Shown: one piece after another, positions 28,337-37,697 of the stretch
Numbering within the stretch: position 1 is the stretch's first letter
Layout: each line of letters starts with the position of its first letter
IMG/VR virus record: IMGVR_UViG_3300024239_000011
Location: 434,001-498,000 of that record
Strand: one strand, 5' to 3'
DNA length: 64,000 nucleotides
Translations under genes and position numbers: made by a program
Notes under the pieces: generated by a model
The model's input: the letters and a program-made list of their open reading frames with translations, nothing else
What the model was told of the DNA's origin: nothing
The model's database searches: none

Positions 28337-29085
28337 TTCATACGGAAAAGGGTTGCGTGTTTTTTTTCTTTAAACATGATTTTTCTGGGGGCGCGAATTA
28401 CCGGGAACGGGTAGCGGTCATATTCTTTCGTCATGAGGTGGGTTGGGCGGTACCCGTGTGGGGCGATGTGTTCCAACCAATCAAACAACCGCCACTCATT
28501 GAAATTGAACCGGGGACTGAAATCGTATTCCACCGCCGCTTTTGCAGTTGCCATTCCCATACCAATTTCATATTGATGCGTCGTGTATATCTGCTCATGA
28601 ACCGGACGGTCAATTTGTGCGATTAGTTGATCACGGGCAACCATTTGTGTCATTACTAGTTCAGCCATCCGACTACAAATTTGGTTGTATATCGGATCAT
28701 TGCGGCTTTCTTCATCATCAAAGCCTTTAATGTCGAATGCAATCCATCCTCCTGATCGCCAACCATCAAATTCGCTGTGAAAATTCCAGGCGCGAGCTAC
28801 GCATGCAATTTTGTTTTCATGCTGGACTACCTCGGTATCAAGATTTCGGATTGCCAGGATCGTTCCGTCTTCGAGCGTGACCGATCCCTTCTTCATTGCT
28901 GCTTGTACCCTAGGGTCGTGTTGACGCACGACATGGGCGATGCCCGCACTCCATTCGCGAAGGTATTCCTCTTCGTCACCAATACGTTGACCGTTATCAA
29001 CAATCCCATTTACCTGCTTAACAAATTCTGGGTTTTGTTCTTCTTCACCAAGCTTGGTAAGAAATTCTTGAAGTCGCTGGTTCAT
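28327..29085 (-). CDS. Hypothetical protein with C-terminal ATLFxLxW domain
   Basis: IMFKEKKHATLFRMKWC. Confidence 0.7.
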   Translation of the reverse strand: MNQRLQEFLTKLGEEEQNPEFVKQVNGIVDNGQRIGDEEEYLREWSAGIAHVVRQHDPRVQAAMKKGSVTLEDGTILAIRNLDTEVVQHENKIACVARAWNFHSEFDGWRSGGWIAFDIKGFDDEESRNDPIYNQICSRMAELVMTQMVARDQLIAQIDRPVHEQIYTTHQYEIGMGMATAKAAVEYDFSPRFNFNEWRLFDWLEHIAPHGYRPTHLMTKEYDRYPFPVIRAPRKIMFKEKKHATLFRMKWC

Positions 29086-30125
29086 GCGACATTCCAATCG
29101 GTAAATTGTCGCACGATGAATTGCCCACATGCTGCACGAACCTCGCTGCCAACGCTGATCTGAACCTTTAAGAACGGGATTTCAGCAGCAAGACGATCCA
29201 AAATCGTTTCGAACCGGTCGCTTTCGGACAACGGGGTGTTATCGCAATGATTGTAGCGCAGGATGCGGAATTCGTATTTTTCCAGACCGTGCTTTTTATG
29301 GAAGTTGATTAAAGCGTCGATTTCCCGGTCACTATCGTTCACGCCATGGATGAACATGTGGTGGAAAATGACGTTATGCTGGTTTCCCTCCGCATACTCT
29401 TTCAATGTCACCACGGACTCGTCTAGGGGCGTGGCACCAGGGATGATTTCGTTTCGAGTTTCTTGAATTGCCGAGTGCAAAGAGTAAAAAACTCGAAAAC
29501 GGCTGCGGTTGATATATTCCTGGGGACCAGTTGCGTCTTGGGCATGAACCATCAGTTTGTTGTTGGGGTTGGTTGGAAACTGCTTTAGCTGATAGTCCAA
29601 CTCGTGAAATACATCCATCCAGCGTCGGTGAATGTGGGGCGGAAGTACCGTCGCTAGATCGACGCCATCCACACCAGCCGCTAATTTATTATCCATCACA
29701 TGAGTGAGGAAATCCATCGTCAGTCGGGCGGTGCGATCTGGGCGAATCATTTGATCTTCGCCCATACCCATCCAACACAGCTTCACGTAACGATCAGCAA
29801 TGCCAGGATCATGGTCGGCTTGTACCGCAAGCGCAGATTTAAGGTTTTCCAGAATCGCGCTTTCATCCAGTTTTGCGTATTTCATCCCCTTCATAGTGAG
29901 ATAACAAAACTTACATTTCATGAAGCATCCAGCCGATGCCGAGGCAAACACGCTGTACTTATTGCGGTCAATGGAATTATGTTCAAGCTTGCCAGTCACC
30001 GGATTGCGAATAGTATCGCACGAACTAACCATTTTCACGGCGGTTTCACTGTTATCCGCGTGAATAATTTTGGTAGTTAACGAATCATCACTGACAAATA
30101 CTTCCTGCTCATCTAGCATGGACAT
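29082..30125 (-). CDS. RlmN/Cfr-like radical SAM enzyme
   Basis: GCFMKCKFC, MGMGE, YSLHS, GVNDS, G.EVRAACGQ. Confidence 0.85.
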   Translation of the reverse strand: MSMLDEQEVFVSDDSLTTKIIHADNSETAVKMVSSCDTIRNPVTGKLEHNSIDRNKYSVFASASAGCFMKCKFCYLTMKGMKYAKLDESAILENLKSALAVQADHDPGIADRYVKLCWMGMGEDQMIRPDRTARLTMDFLTHVMDNKLAAGVDGVDLATVLPPHIHRRWMDVFHELDYQLKQFPTNPNNKLMVHAQDATGPQEYINRSRFRVFYSLHSAIQETRNEIIPGATPLDESVVTLKEYAEGNQHNVIFHHMFIHGVNDSDREIDALINFHKKHGLEKYEFRILRYNHCDNTPLSESDRFETILDRLAAEIPFLKVQISVGSEVRAACGQFIVRQFTDWNVA

Positions 30126-30173
30126 TTCCCTCTCTTTTGAAGAGGGAATTATATCGAAGCTAGACCATTAAGG

Positions 30174-30641
30174 TCAATTTTTCGACTTACGTTCTGGACC
30201 AAAGTATTTCTCAGATTTAATGAAGTTTGTTGGTTGAAAAAGGCAGGCATTAACCCGTTCTTCTAATTGAGAAATGGTTGTCCCAGCGGTGATAATCGCG
30301 TTTGCCCCGTACTGTGCTGCTTGGTTTACTCGGTTTTTGTCTGGGTCATCAAATAAGATGATTACCGGGACATATGGATTGGAGCCATATGCTCCATGCC
30401 GTACATCGTCCAAAAGGGACAGTCCCGATATACCGGGGAGGTCAGCCGATAAAATTAGAAGATCATGAGGCTGTCGCATCGCATTCAAGGTTTCGACCCC
30501 ATCATTCACCTGAATTACCCAGAACCCCAAATTGAACAGTGACATTCCAAGCTGGGTACCTTTACTGGTGTCAGCAATAGCCACAATAATGACGATTTGT
30601 GATCGAGTTTTGGTATTGGGGTTGATTTTAATTAATTGCAT
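30174..30641 (-). CDS. Single-domain pseudo-receiver (response regulator-like)
   Basis: DLLILSADLPGISGLSLL..VR...NPYVPVIIL...GAN...YFGPERK. Confidence 0.75.
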   Translation of the reverse strand: MQLIKINPNTKTRSQIVIIVAIADTSKGTQLGMSLFNLGFWVIQVNDGVETLNAMRQPHDLLILSADLPGISGLSLLDDVRHGAYGSNPYVPVIILFDDPDKNRVNQAAQYGANAIITAGTTISQLEERVNACLFQPTNFIKSEKYFGPERKSKN

Positions 30642-30962
30642 CTATGCCCATCGCAAGCGGAATAAGGTAGCCTCTTGTGAAAGAGAGAATCTGGCAAAGT
30701 ACCATGCCCCATTCATGGAAAAATAATTGGTTTTCAGATTATACACGAAAATGATTTTCGTTAAAAAATTGACGGTACCCTGACAGGTTTCCTGGCACCA
30801 TTCCTTCATACGCGGATAGTCGTAATCATTAGTGAAAAGAATATCCAAACGGGTCTTTTTGTATGGCAGCGATTGTTCAAAAAGAAGATGCATTGGAATC
30901 CGCGTGGGGTCAATACTATCCTCATATGGGCATAATCGAGTTGCTTGTTTTCTCATGCCCAC
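30642..30962 (-). CDS. ATLFxLxW family protein
   Basis: MKEWCQE...FSLSQEATLFRLRWA. Confidence 0.7.
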   Translation of the reverse strand: MGMRKQATRLCPYEDSIDPTRIPMHLLFEQSLPYKKTRLDILFTNDYDYPRMKEWCQETCQGTVNFLTKIIFVYNLKTNYFSMNGAWYFARFSLSQEATLFRLRWA

Positions 30963-31174
30963 TTCAGTCTGAACATGGTTGCTTGCCGCCGGTCTTCAAA
31001 CCGAAAGGTTCGGGAAACTTTCGAGTCCGGACACACCGCCCCAAAAAAAGCAACCAACCCCGATGTTTCTTCTTGATCCACGTCTACAATACCGAAACCG
31101 ATGTCTTTACACCACGAGAGCATCTGAAATACCTGCTCTTGTGTCGCATCAATATTCACGCATACGGAATTCAT
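30953..31174 (-). CDS. ATLFxLxW family protein
   Basis: MLSWCKD...FRFEDRRQATMFRLKWA. Confidence 0.7.
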   Translation of the reverse strand: MNSVCVNIDATQEQVFQMLSWCKDIGFGIVDVDQEETSGLVAFFGAVCPDSKVSRTFRFEDRRQATMFRLKWA

Positions 31175-31479
31175 TTAAGCCTCGCAAAGGGTGCGGTAAA
31201 TTTGTTTTGATCCTCGCATGCCTTCATTTTAGCAAGCGTCGCAAATTGGGGATCATCAAATGCAATGATTATCTCCAACGCGGACCCGACCGTAGAGAAA
31301 ACCGGCTTTAAATCAATGCGATATTGTCCTGCGCAAAAACTGTCCAACCACGTGAATGTATCAGGGTATTCTTCTCTCGCTTCACCCATCATAAATTGGA
31401 TGTCTTCGGCGGTTGCCCCTCGGCGCCCGGCGTGTCGAACTCGTGTGCCCATACGGCCAATGGATACAGCTACAGTCAT
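31171..31479 (-). CDS. ATLFxLxW family protein (divergent)
   Basis: TWLDSFC...IAFDDPQFATLAKMK. Confidence 0.6.
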   Translation of the reverse strand: MTVAVSIGRMGTRVRHAGRRGATAEDIQFMMGEAREEYPDTFTWLDSFCAGQYRIDLKPVFSTVGSALEIIIAFDDPQFATLAKMKACEDQNKFTAPFARLK

Positions 31480-31620
31480 TTTGTACCTCTTTGATTCGTA
31501 AGATAATGTTCACGTTATGTTCCGTCGATTTATTTTTCATTGCTATCGAGAAAAATTCACACAGCGGTAACATAGTATGGTGATACAAGTCGGTAAATAA
31601 CCTCAACTAGGAGGCAAATA

Positions 31621-32379
31621 ATGAAGGCTTATCGTACTATTTGGATTAGTGATACGCATTTAGGGACTAAAGGTTGTAAAGCATCATTTTTAGTCGATTT
31701 CTTAAAACACAATACTTGCGATACACTTTATCTTGTTGGCGACATCATCGATGGATGGCGCATGAAAAGTGGCATGTTTTGGCCGCAAGAACATACAAAT
31801 GTAGTCCGTCGAATATTGACCAAGGCAAAACGCGGTACGAGCGTTGTTTATATTCCAGGGAACCATGACGATTTTCTTCGGGCGTGGTTGGAGTATCATC
31901 CTCAATTCGGGAACATAGTAATACAGAACGAAGCGATTCATACCTTGAGTGATGGACGTAAGGTGTTGGTAACTCATGGCGATCTTTTTGATGGCATCAC
32001 GTGTTATGCGCCGTGGCTTTCAAAACTAGGTGATCACGGATATGGTTTTTTGCTAACATTCAATCATTTGTTCAATAAGGTTAGGAGTAAATTAGGGTAC
32101 AAATATTGGTCCTTGAGTTCTTTTGTAAAAGGAAAGGTCAAATCCGCTGTGAACTTTATTACCAGTTTCGAGCAATCACTTGCACGTGAGGCAAAAACAC
32201 GGGGACTGGATGGGGTGATTTGTGGACATATTCACCATGCGGAGATACGCGAGATTGACGGAATACTCTATGCCAATGATGGTGATTGGGTAGAAAGTTG
32301 TACCGCACTAGTCGAACATCATGACGGGCGTCTTGAGATCGTCAAATGGGTTGAAATTTCACATGAGCAAGAAATATGA
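31621..32379 (+). CDS. PlcP/LpxH2-like metallophosphoesterase (putative phospholipase C)
   Basis: ISDTHLG, LVGDIIDGW, PGNHD, HGDLFD, ICGHIH, NDGDWVESCTALVE. Confidence 0.85.
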   Translation: MKAYRTIWISDTHLGTKGCKASFLVDFLKHNTCDTLYLVGDIIDGWRMKSGMFWPQEHTNVVRRILTKAKRGTSVVYIPGNHDDFLRAWLEYHPQFGNIVIQNEAIHTLSDGRKVLVTHGDLFDGITCYAPWLSKLGDHGYGFLLTFNHLFNKVRSKLGYKYWSLSSFVKGKVKSAVNFITSFEQSLAREAKTRGLDGVICGHIHHAEIREIDGILYANDGDWVESCTALVEHHDGRLEIVKWVEISHEQEI

Positions 32380-33383
32380 AGATAGTAATTTGCACAGATG
32401 CCTCCCGTCCACAGATCAACGGGGTCGTAACTACTCTGGAACATACAAAAACAGAGCTTGAAAACCTTGGTCATGAAGTCATTATGATCGAGCCATCGTT
32501 ATTCGCAACGATACCTTGTCCAAGTTATTCGGAAATTCGCTTAGCGTATAATGCTTTTTGGCATCTACCCCGCCTTATAAATGAAATTGACCCGGATTCC
32601 ATACATATAGCAACGGAAGGTCCGATTGGCGCTGCGGCGCGGTTATACTGTGCGTTAAAACAGATACCATATTCAACATCTTACCATACAAAATTTCCAG
32701 AATATGTTCGCAAACGTTGGCCGATACCGTTATGGGTTACGTATGGTTACCTTCGCTTGATACACGGCAGCGCCAAGGCAATATTGGTTACGACTGGATC
32801 AATGGCTACCGAATTACATGAGCGTGGATTTAAAAACCTAGTCGTATGGTCTAGAGGCGTGGATTCGGATTTGTTTTCACCATCGCGTGCGACTGATCTC
32901 GGGTTGCCACGCCCAATTCATCTGTCGGTAGGGCGTATATCAATAGAGAAAGGTTTGGATGATTTTCTCGCCCTACAAATACCCGGCACCAAATTGGTAG
33001 TTGGGGATGGTCCACAATTGAAGGATATGAAGAGCCGATATCCTGATGCGATTTTTGTAGGAGCAAAGCGTGGAACCGATCTGGCGACATATTACGCCTC
33101 TGCTGACGTTTTTGTATTTCCGAGTAAGACCGACACATTTGGGGTGGTAATGCTTGAAGCAATGGCGTCCGGTACCCCCGTCGCGGCTTATCCGGTTACC
33201 GGACCAAAAGATGTGATCACCAATGGGAGCGGTAAGCTGGATACCGATCTCAAAAGGGCAATTGAACATTGTTATACGATTGACCGGCGTCAATGCGCTG
33301 AGTTGGGGCGCACATTCACCTGGGAGTCATGCGCCCGCACTTTCCTCAATTCATTGGCGATCATCCCCAAATTTACGCGCTAA
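32376..33383 (+). CDS. GT4 glycosyltransferase, Agt-like
   Basis: TDA..PQINGVV.TL, HIATEGPIG, SYHTKFPEY, FPSKTDTFGVVMLEAMASGTPVAAYPV. Confidence 0.88.
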   Translation: MKIVICTDASRPQINGVVTTLEHTKTELENLGHEVIMIEPSLFATIPCPSYSEIRLAYNAFWHLPRLINEIDPDSIHIATEGPIGAAARLYCALKQIPYSTSYHTKFPEYVRKRWPIPLWVTYGYLRLIHGSAKAILVTTGSMATELHERGFKNLVVWSRGVDSDLFSPSRATDLGLPRPIHLSVGRISIEKGLDDFLALQIPGTKLVVGDGPQLKDMKSRYPDAIFVGAKRGTDLATYYASADVFVFPSKTDTFGVVMLEAMASGTPVAAYPVTGPKDVITNGSGKLDTDLKRAIEHCYTIDRRQCAELGRTFTWESCARTFLNSLAIIPKFTR

Positions 33384-33411
33384 ATAGAAAAACCGATGTT
33401 ATTTGGAGTAG

Positions 33412-33909
33412 GTGATGAGGTTGATTGAGGTGCTGGAAGAGAGCGCAACCGATAGCCTTCAGCGCAGAATTGCAAGTCTCGAAGCCATTATGAACGATCC
33501 TGCTGCAACAGCCGGGGAACGGGAGAATGCTCGTCTCTTGAAGGACAATTTGGAGCGGAAACGCGCATCAAGCATACCTACGGTGGAAACCGTTCTTATT
33601 CAAGTCCTTCAGAACATGAACGCTTATTGCGAACCGCCTTATTACGGGGCGCAACTTTGGGGTTTGAACTGGATACGTTTCATCGAATTTCTAACATCTG
33701 CGTTGCGTCCGTACTGCACCATCGTTGGGCGTAGTCCAACAAGTGGCGACTATTCCATCAGTATGGACTACTCCCGGCGTATAATCACAATTAGTTATAA
33801 CAGCAGTTATATGAAAGTCGCCAGCCCCCAACATTTCATTGGGAAGTTGCTATTTGCAGACCTAAAGCCAATCGTTGAACGGATGGTCGCGACGAGTAGA
33901 GCCGCTTAA
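33412..33909 (+). CDS. Hypothetical protein, putative head-internal
   Basis: MRLIEVLEE N terminus; DPAATAGERENA; TAAATA at 33381-33386. Confidence 0.65.
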   Translation: MMRLIEVLEESATDSLQRRIASLEAIMNDPAATAGERENARLLKDNLERKRASSIPTVETVLIQVLQNMNAYCEPPYYGAQLWGLNWIRFIEFLTSALRPYCTIVGRSPTSGDYSISMDYSRRIITISYNSSYMKVASPQHFIGKLLFADLKPIVERMVATSRAA

Positions 33910-34667
33910 CCATTTTGTAGGATAAGCGCCCGATCATCTAGTGCATGGGTGAGGATGATCGTCTCCCCTACCATGGCGGCGGACCACGCCGCACCAAGTA
34001 TACCTTCAAGCGTATTGCATTGCCAACGGGCAGATTCGTCCAGTCGGAATGGACTGTTTAGGTTGTGACGGCGCATTGTGCGATCTGCGGTACCGAAGTC
34101 AATCACATTGAACCGGTATTTTTGGGTCGGTGTCTCGATCACCAGCTTTTCGTCAATAATGCCAACGCGATCTGCAAATGAATTCATAAGGAAAGCTGTC
34201 GCCGCCTCATTGGTGTTACGTTTTTTCTTGCCAGTGGATTCGTGACCATCGTCCCCAATATTAATATACTTTTCAACATTCTCTTTGGTCAGGTTTTCGA
34301 CCTTCTTGTGCTTATACGGTTTAAATTTCCATATATCGACATCCACCAAAACTTTTATTTCGCCTATGAGTTCCATAAGCTCTTCGGGGAATTTGTCCCC
34401 ACGGGGGTATTCCACAAATACGAGGTAGTACCCATCTTCATTGGGTGCCGGTGATGGTTCCGTATCCAGTATCTTGTTCGCCCCTTTTTCGATAAACCGA
34501 GACAAATCGTTCGCGGGGTCTTCGTCCTCAACGAAGAAGGCGACGACGATCACCTCCTTGTCGTTACCGAGTTTGCTCTTATATTCATCGATAGAGATGA
34601 GAGGTAGCACAAGCTCCTTGAGATCGCCAGCGCGTAAACCTTCATAGATGTTATATCGCATAGGCAA
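33906..34667 (-). CDS. Hypothetical phage protein
   Basis: 253 aa acidic ORF, EGLRAGDLKELV...ISIDEYKSKLG; operonic with the upstream gene. Confidence 0.75.
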   Translation of the reverse strand: MPMRYNIYEGLRAGDLKELVLPLISIDEYKSKLGNDKEVIVVAFFVEDEDPANDLSRFIEKGANKILDTEPSPAPNEDGYYLVFVEYPRGDKFPEELMELIGEIKVLVDVDIWKFKPYKHKKVENLTKENVEKYINIGDDGHESTGKKKRNTNEAATAFLMNSFADRVGIIDEKLVIETPTQKYRFNVIDFGTADRTMRRHNLNSPFRLDESARWQCNTLEGILGAAWSAAMVGETIILTHALDDRALILQNG

Positions 34668-34673
34668 ACTCCC

Positions 34674-35249
34674 TTATAGGTTTAGGTCTAATTGGTCATC
34701 GCCTTGGGCGGGTTGACTATCTGGGTTATCCGCGCCGCCCTGGGCATCGGTATCGGCATTGTTAAGACCCATGTCCAAACCTTCATCTTCGGCGGATTCA
34801 ACATCTTCAATTTCCACCTCGTCATCATACATTTCGATGGATTGATCAATAATTTCATCAATAAAACGGCGTGGTATTCGCATACTCACTAGCCAAATTT
34901 TGGTATGTTCCAATTTTGGTTTACGGGTGCCATCGCGGAAGTCGTTGGGTGTTTCTACTTTGATTGGATTAAGTTCAGTGCTTTCTTTAAAAGAAACTCG
35001 CACGTCATGCTCGACCAACCGCATCCCTCCTTTTGGATCAGGCATCTTGCTGTAAGGATATTTGAGAGTCATTTCACACCAATACCGACTAACCACCGGA
35101 CCTTCGACTACCTCGCCATCTATCCAATTCTTAAAGGCATACAGGTCGAGGCTGTCGAGGAAGTCTTCCATCTCAATAAGGATATCAAGCAAGCTTTCAT
35201 TCTCGTTTAAACGCTTGATCACTTCTGCGGGGTTCAGTTCTCTCGGCAT
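34674..35249 (-). CDS. Hypothetical phage protein
   Basis: LYAFKNW..GEVVEGP...RYW...MPDPKGG.RL; acidic tail; late motif upstream. Confidence 0.75.
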   Translation of the reverse strand: MPRELNPAEVIKRLNENESLLDILIEMEDFLDSLDLYAFKNWIDGEVVEGPVVSRYWCEMTLKYPYSKMPDPKGGMRLVEHDVRVSFKESTELNPIKVETPNDFRDGTRKPKLEHTKIWLVSMRIPRRFIDEIIDQSIEMYDDEVEIEDVESAEDEGLDMGLNNADTDAQGGADNPDSQPAQGDDQLDLNL

Positions 35250-35429
35250 TGGAAATCCTCGGTTTTCATGCCTTCATCCATAGGCACCGAGGTATTTATC
35301 ATCGCTCTTCGAAAAAATTTTGAAAATAGTGTTGACAACCTGAAGCTGGGTAAGTAAATTGATCTTCAGACGGGGAGCCGAACCCAGTCGAAGACAACAG
35401 ATCGGCACATGGACTACGGAGAACAAAAT

Positions 35430-35906
35430 ATGTCTGCCCAAAACACCGAACGTAATGCCTTCATCACCCAGGGCGTCAACGCCTTCCTCAACGGCGCTGG
35501 TGCCGGTGTCACCCGCGAGAAGATCGCTGAAGTCACCGCCGCGCTGGGCGATGCCTTCGACAGCATGAACAAGCCCGCCGAAGTCGTCGCCGAGAAGCCG
35601 GTGCCCGCCATCGCGGTCAAGAAGTCGATCAACCCCGATTTCATCGTCTGCCTGGAAGACGGCAAGAAGCTGAAGATGCTGAAGCGCCATCTGCGCACCA
35701 CCTACAACCTGTCCCCCGAGGAATATCGGGAAAAGTGGGGTCTGCCCGCCGACTACCCGATGGTCGCCCCGAACTACGCCGCTCAGCGTTCGTCGCTGGC
35801 GAAGGAACACGGTCTGGGTCGCAAGCCCGCCGCTGCCGCCCCGGCTGCCCAGCCCGCCGACGCCAAGCCGCGCCATCGCCGCAAGAGTGCCGACAAGGCG
35901 GCGTAA
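35430..35906 (+). CDS. mucR: MucR/Ros family transcriptional regulator
   Basis: PAIAVKKSI.PDFIVCLEDGKKLKMLKRHL...YREKWGLPADYPMVAPNY...RS.LAK..GLG. Confidence 0.95.
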   Translation: MSAQNTERNAFITQGVNAFLNGAGAGVTREKIAEVTAALGDAFDSMNKPAEVVAEKPVPAIAVKKSINPDFIVCLEDGKKLKMLKRHLRTTYNLSPEEYREKWGLPADYPMVAPNYAAQRSSLAKEHGLGRKPAAAAPAAQPADAKPRHRRKSADKAA

Positions 35907-35967
35907 CAGCCGCCTACCCCTCCCCAATGTCACTAACTAGGGGAGGCGGCAATGCCCGAAAGCTAAG

Positions 35968-35994
35968 AGGGGTCGTCTTAACGGGCGACCCCTT
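35968..35994 (+). terminator. Hairpin terminator after mucR
   Basis: AGGGGTCGTC...GGCGACCCCT. Confidence 0.6.
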
Positions 35995-36018
35995 ATGCAT
36001 TTTCTTCGGAGTATTTAA

Positions 36019-36322
36019 TATGCAAACATTTCACTTAAAGAATATACAAATCCTTATTCCGCTTCCGGGATTGGATTCAACAAATGAGGCTCATCAAGAA
36101 ATTTTGAGTGACCTCTGTTACAATATGCACCAAGCAACATATCCATGCACATTCGTCAAGTGGTGTTATCTGGGACGAGATGAGGCGTCTGGATACGGCA
36201 TTGTGATGTTGATGCATTGTAATGAACAGGATACTCTTGAAACATTAGCAACGCGCTTTACCAAGATGGATGAGGCTATTAAGAAATTACTAGCCCAGTA
36301 TATTCCATCCAGTGTTGAGTGA
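36019..36322 (+). CDS. Hypothetical protein
   Basis: MQTFHLKN..., preceded by a GGAG SD. Confidence 0.55.
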
Positions 36323-36394
36323 TCGCTAGTCGCTAGTAGCGATCATCTTATAGTATTTTGGTAGGGATGAGTTGCCTCATCCCTACCAATATGC

Positions 36395-37135
36395 TTATTC
36401 TTCGCCGTAGAGTTCGAGGACTTCTTTCACCACTGGGTGACGCTTCACATCTTCGCGGCTGAATTCCACCACCGTGATGTGGCTGGATTTCTTGATGCGA
36501 CCCAGGAAATCCTTCAGACCGTTGGCTTCGTAACCACGGTCGTGCTGCTGAAGGTCGCCAGTAATGAAAATGCGGCTACCATCACCGATACGAGTTAGGA
36601 TCATCTTGGTCTGTGACGGAGTGGAGTTCTGCATTTCGTCAGCGATGACGTAGGCGTTCTTGAAGGTACGCCCGCGCATATAAGCGAGCGGGGCGATTTC
36701 AAGGATTCCTTCTTGGAGCATGTTGGCGATCTCTTTAACCGAGTAATGCTCCTTGAACACGTCCAGAATGGGCAGAACCCATGGTTCCATTTTCTGGTTG
36801 ATGTCACCGGGCAGGAAGCCATGTTGCTCGTCGGTTGAAACCGCCGGGCGAGTAATCACGATTCTTTCAATTTTTCCCTCTTGGAGGTCTTGAATTGCCT
36901 TCATGGTTGCCAAGAGCGTCTTACCACAGCCCGCAGGACCAACCGCTGCGACGATGTACATTTCATCATCGTCCAGTGCGAGGACATATTCTTCTTGGTT
37001 GATGGAACGGGGAACTATTTCGATGCGTTTCTTGCGCTGGTGCGGACGGTAATTATCGAGATCAATAAGCGTGGCAGTGGGCTGGTAGTCTGTAGCGAGT
37101 TTGCGATTAACTCGACGCTGCTGCTTTTTAGCCAA
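36395..37135 (-). CDS. phoH: PhoH family ATPase
   Basis: GPAGCGKT, ITRPAV, GFLPGD, LAYMRGRTF, ADEMQN, TGDLQQHD. Probable TTG start at 37135 after GGAGG. Confidence 0.95.
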   Translation of the reverse strand: MAKKQQRRVNRKLATDYQPTATLIDLDNYRPHQRKKRIEIVPRSINQEEYVLALDDDEMYIVAAVGPAGCGKTLLATMKAIQDLQEGKIERIVITRPAVSTDEQHGFLPGDINQKMEPWVLPILDVFKEHYSVKEIANMLQEGILEIAPLAYMRGRTFKNAYVIADEMQNSTPSQTKMILTRIGDGSRIFITGDLQQHDRGYEANGLKDFLGRIKKSSHITVVEFSREDVKRHPVVKEVLELYGEE

Positions 37136-37267
37136 TGGAAACCTCCGTAATAGGGCACCCGACACCGCGTGGGTGCAAAAGTATTTACGGAGGCAGAAAT
37201 GATTAAGAGTGGTGTTTTATCCATACTGCGTGCGCAGCTAAATACTCTACTGTTGACGTGTGATCTG

Positions 37268-37304
37268 AAAAAACCCACCCGGTGTTAACACCGGGTGGGT
37301 TTTT
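37268..37304. terminator. Bidirectional intrinsic terminator
   Basis: AAAAAACCCACCCGGTG TTAA CACCGGGTGGGTTTTT. Confidence 0.8.
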
Positions 37305-37331
37305 ATTTTTTGGAAACGGTATTTGCAGGTG

Positions 37332-37643
37332 TTACGCTGCATTTACCTTCTTGCGACCACGCCCGCTGCGGGTGTTGTACACCGCGTGAAATTCGCGGAA
37401 GGTATCCGGCAGCGCGTCAAAAGCAGCCATTCCTTCCGGAGACACTTCAAAACCATAACGCTTGATGGCGCGCATCAGACCACTCTTGTGTTGCGCAATG
37501 AAATGTTGACTGACCCACACGGTCTTGCCGCCGGTCACGACACGTTTCTGAAGCATCCACTGAAGGCTATCGGCGCCGATACGCCAATCGTTGTTGAGTG
37601 CCAGGGCGAAATCATCGTTGATGGGAGCAGTTTCGGCAGTCAT
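37332..37643 (-). CDS. Hypothetical protein
   Basis: WRIGADSLQWMLQKR; GAGG SD upstream and terminator downstream. Confidence 0.65.
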   Translation of the reverse strand: MTAETAPINDDFALALNNDWRIGADSLQWMLQKRVVTGGKTVWVSQHFIAQHKSGLMRAIKRYGFEVSPEGMAAFDALPDTFREFHAVYNTRSGRGRKKVNAA

Positions 37644-37697
37644 GGCATACCCTCGATCTCGTTTATGTGAGTATACTACCTTACCATGTATTACATG

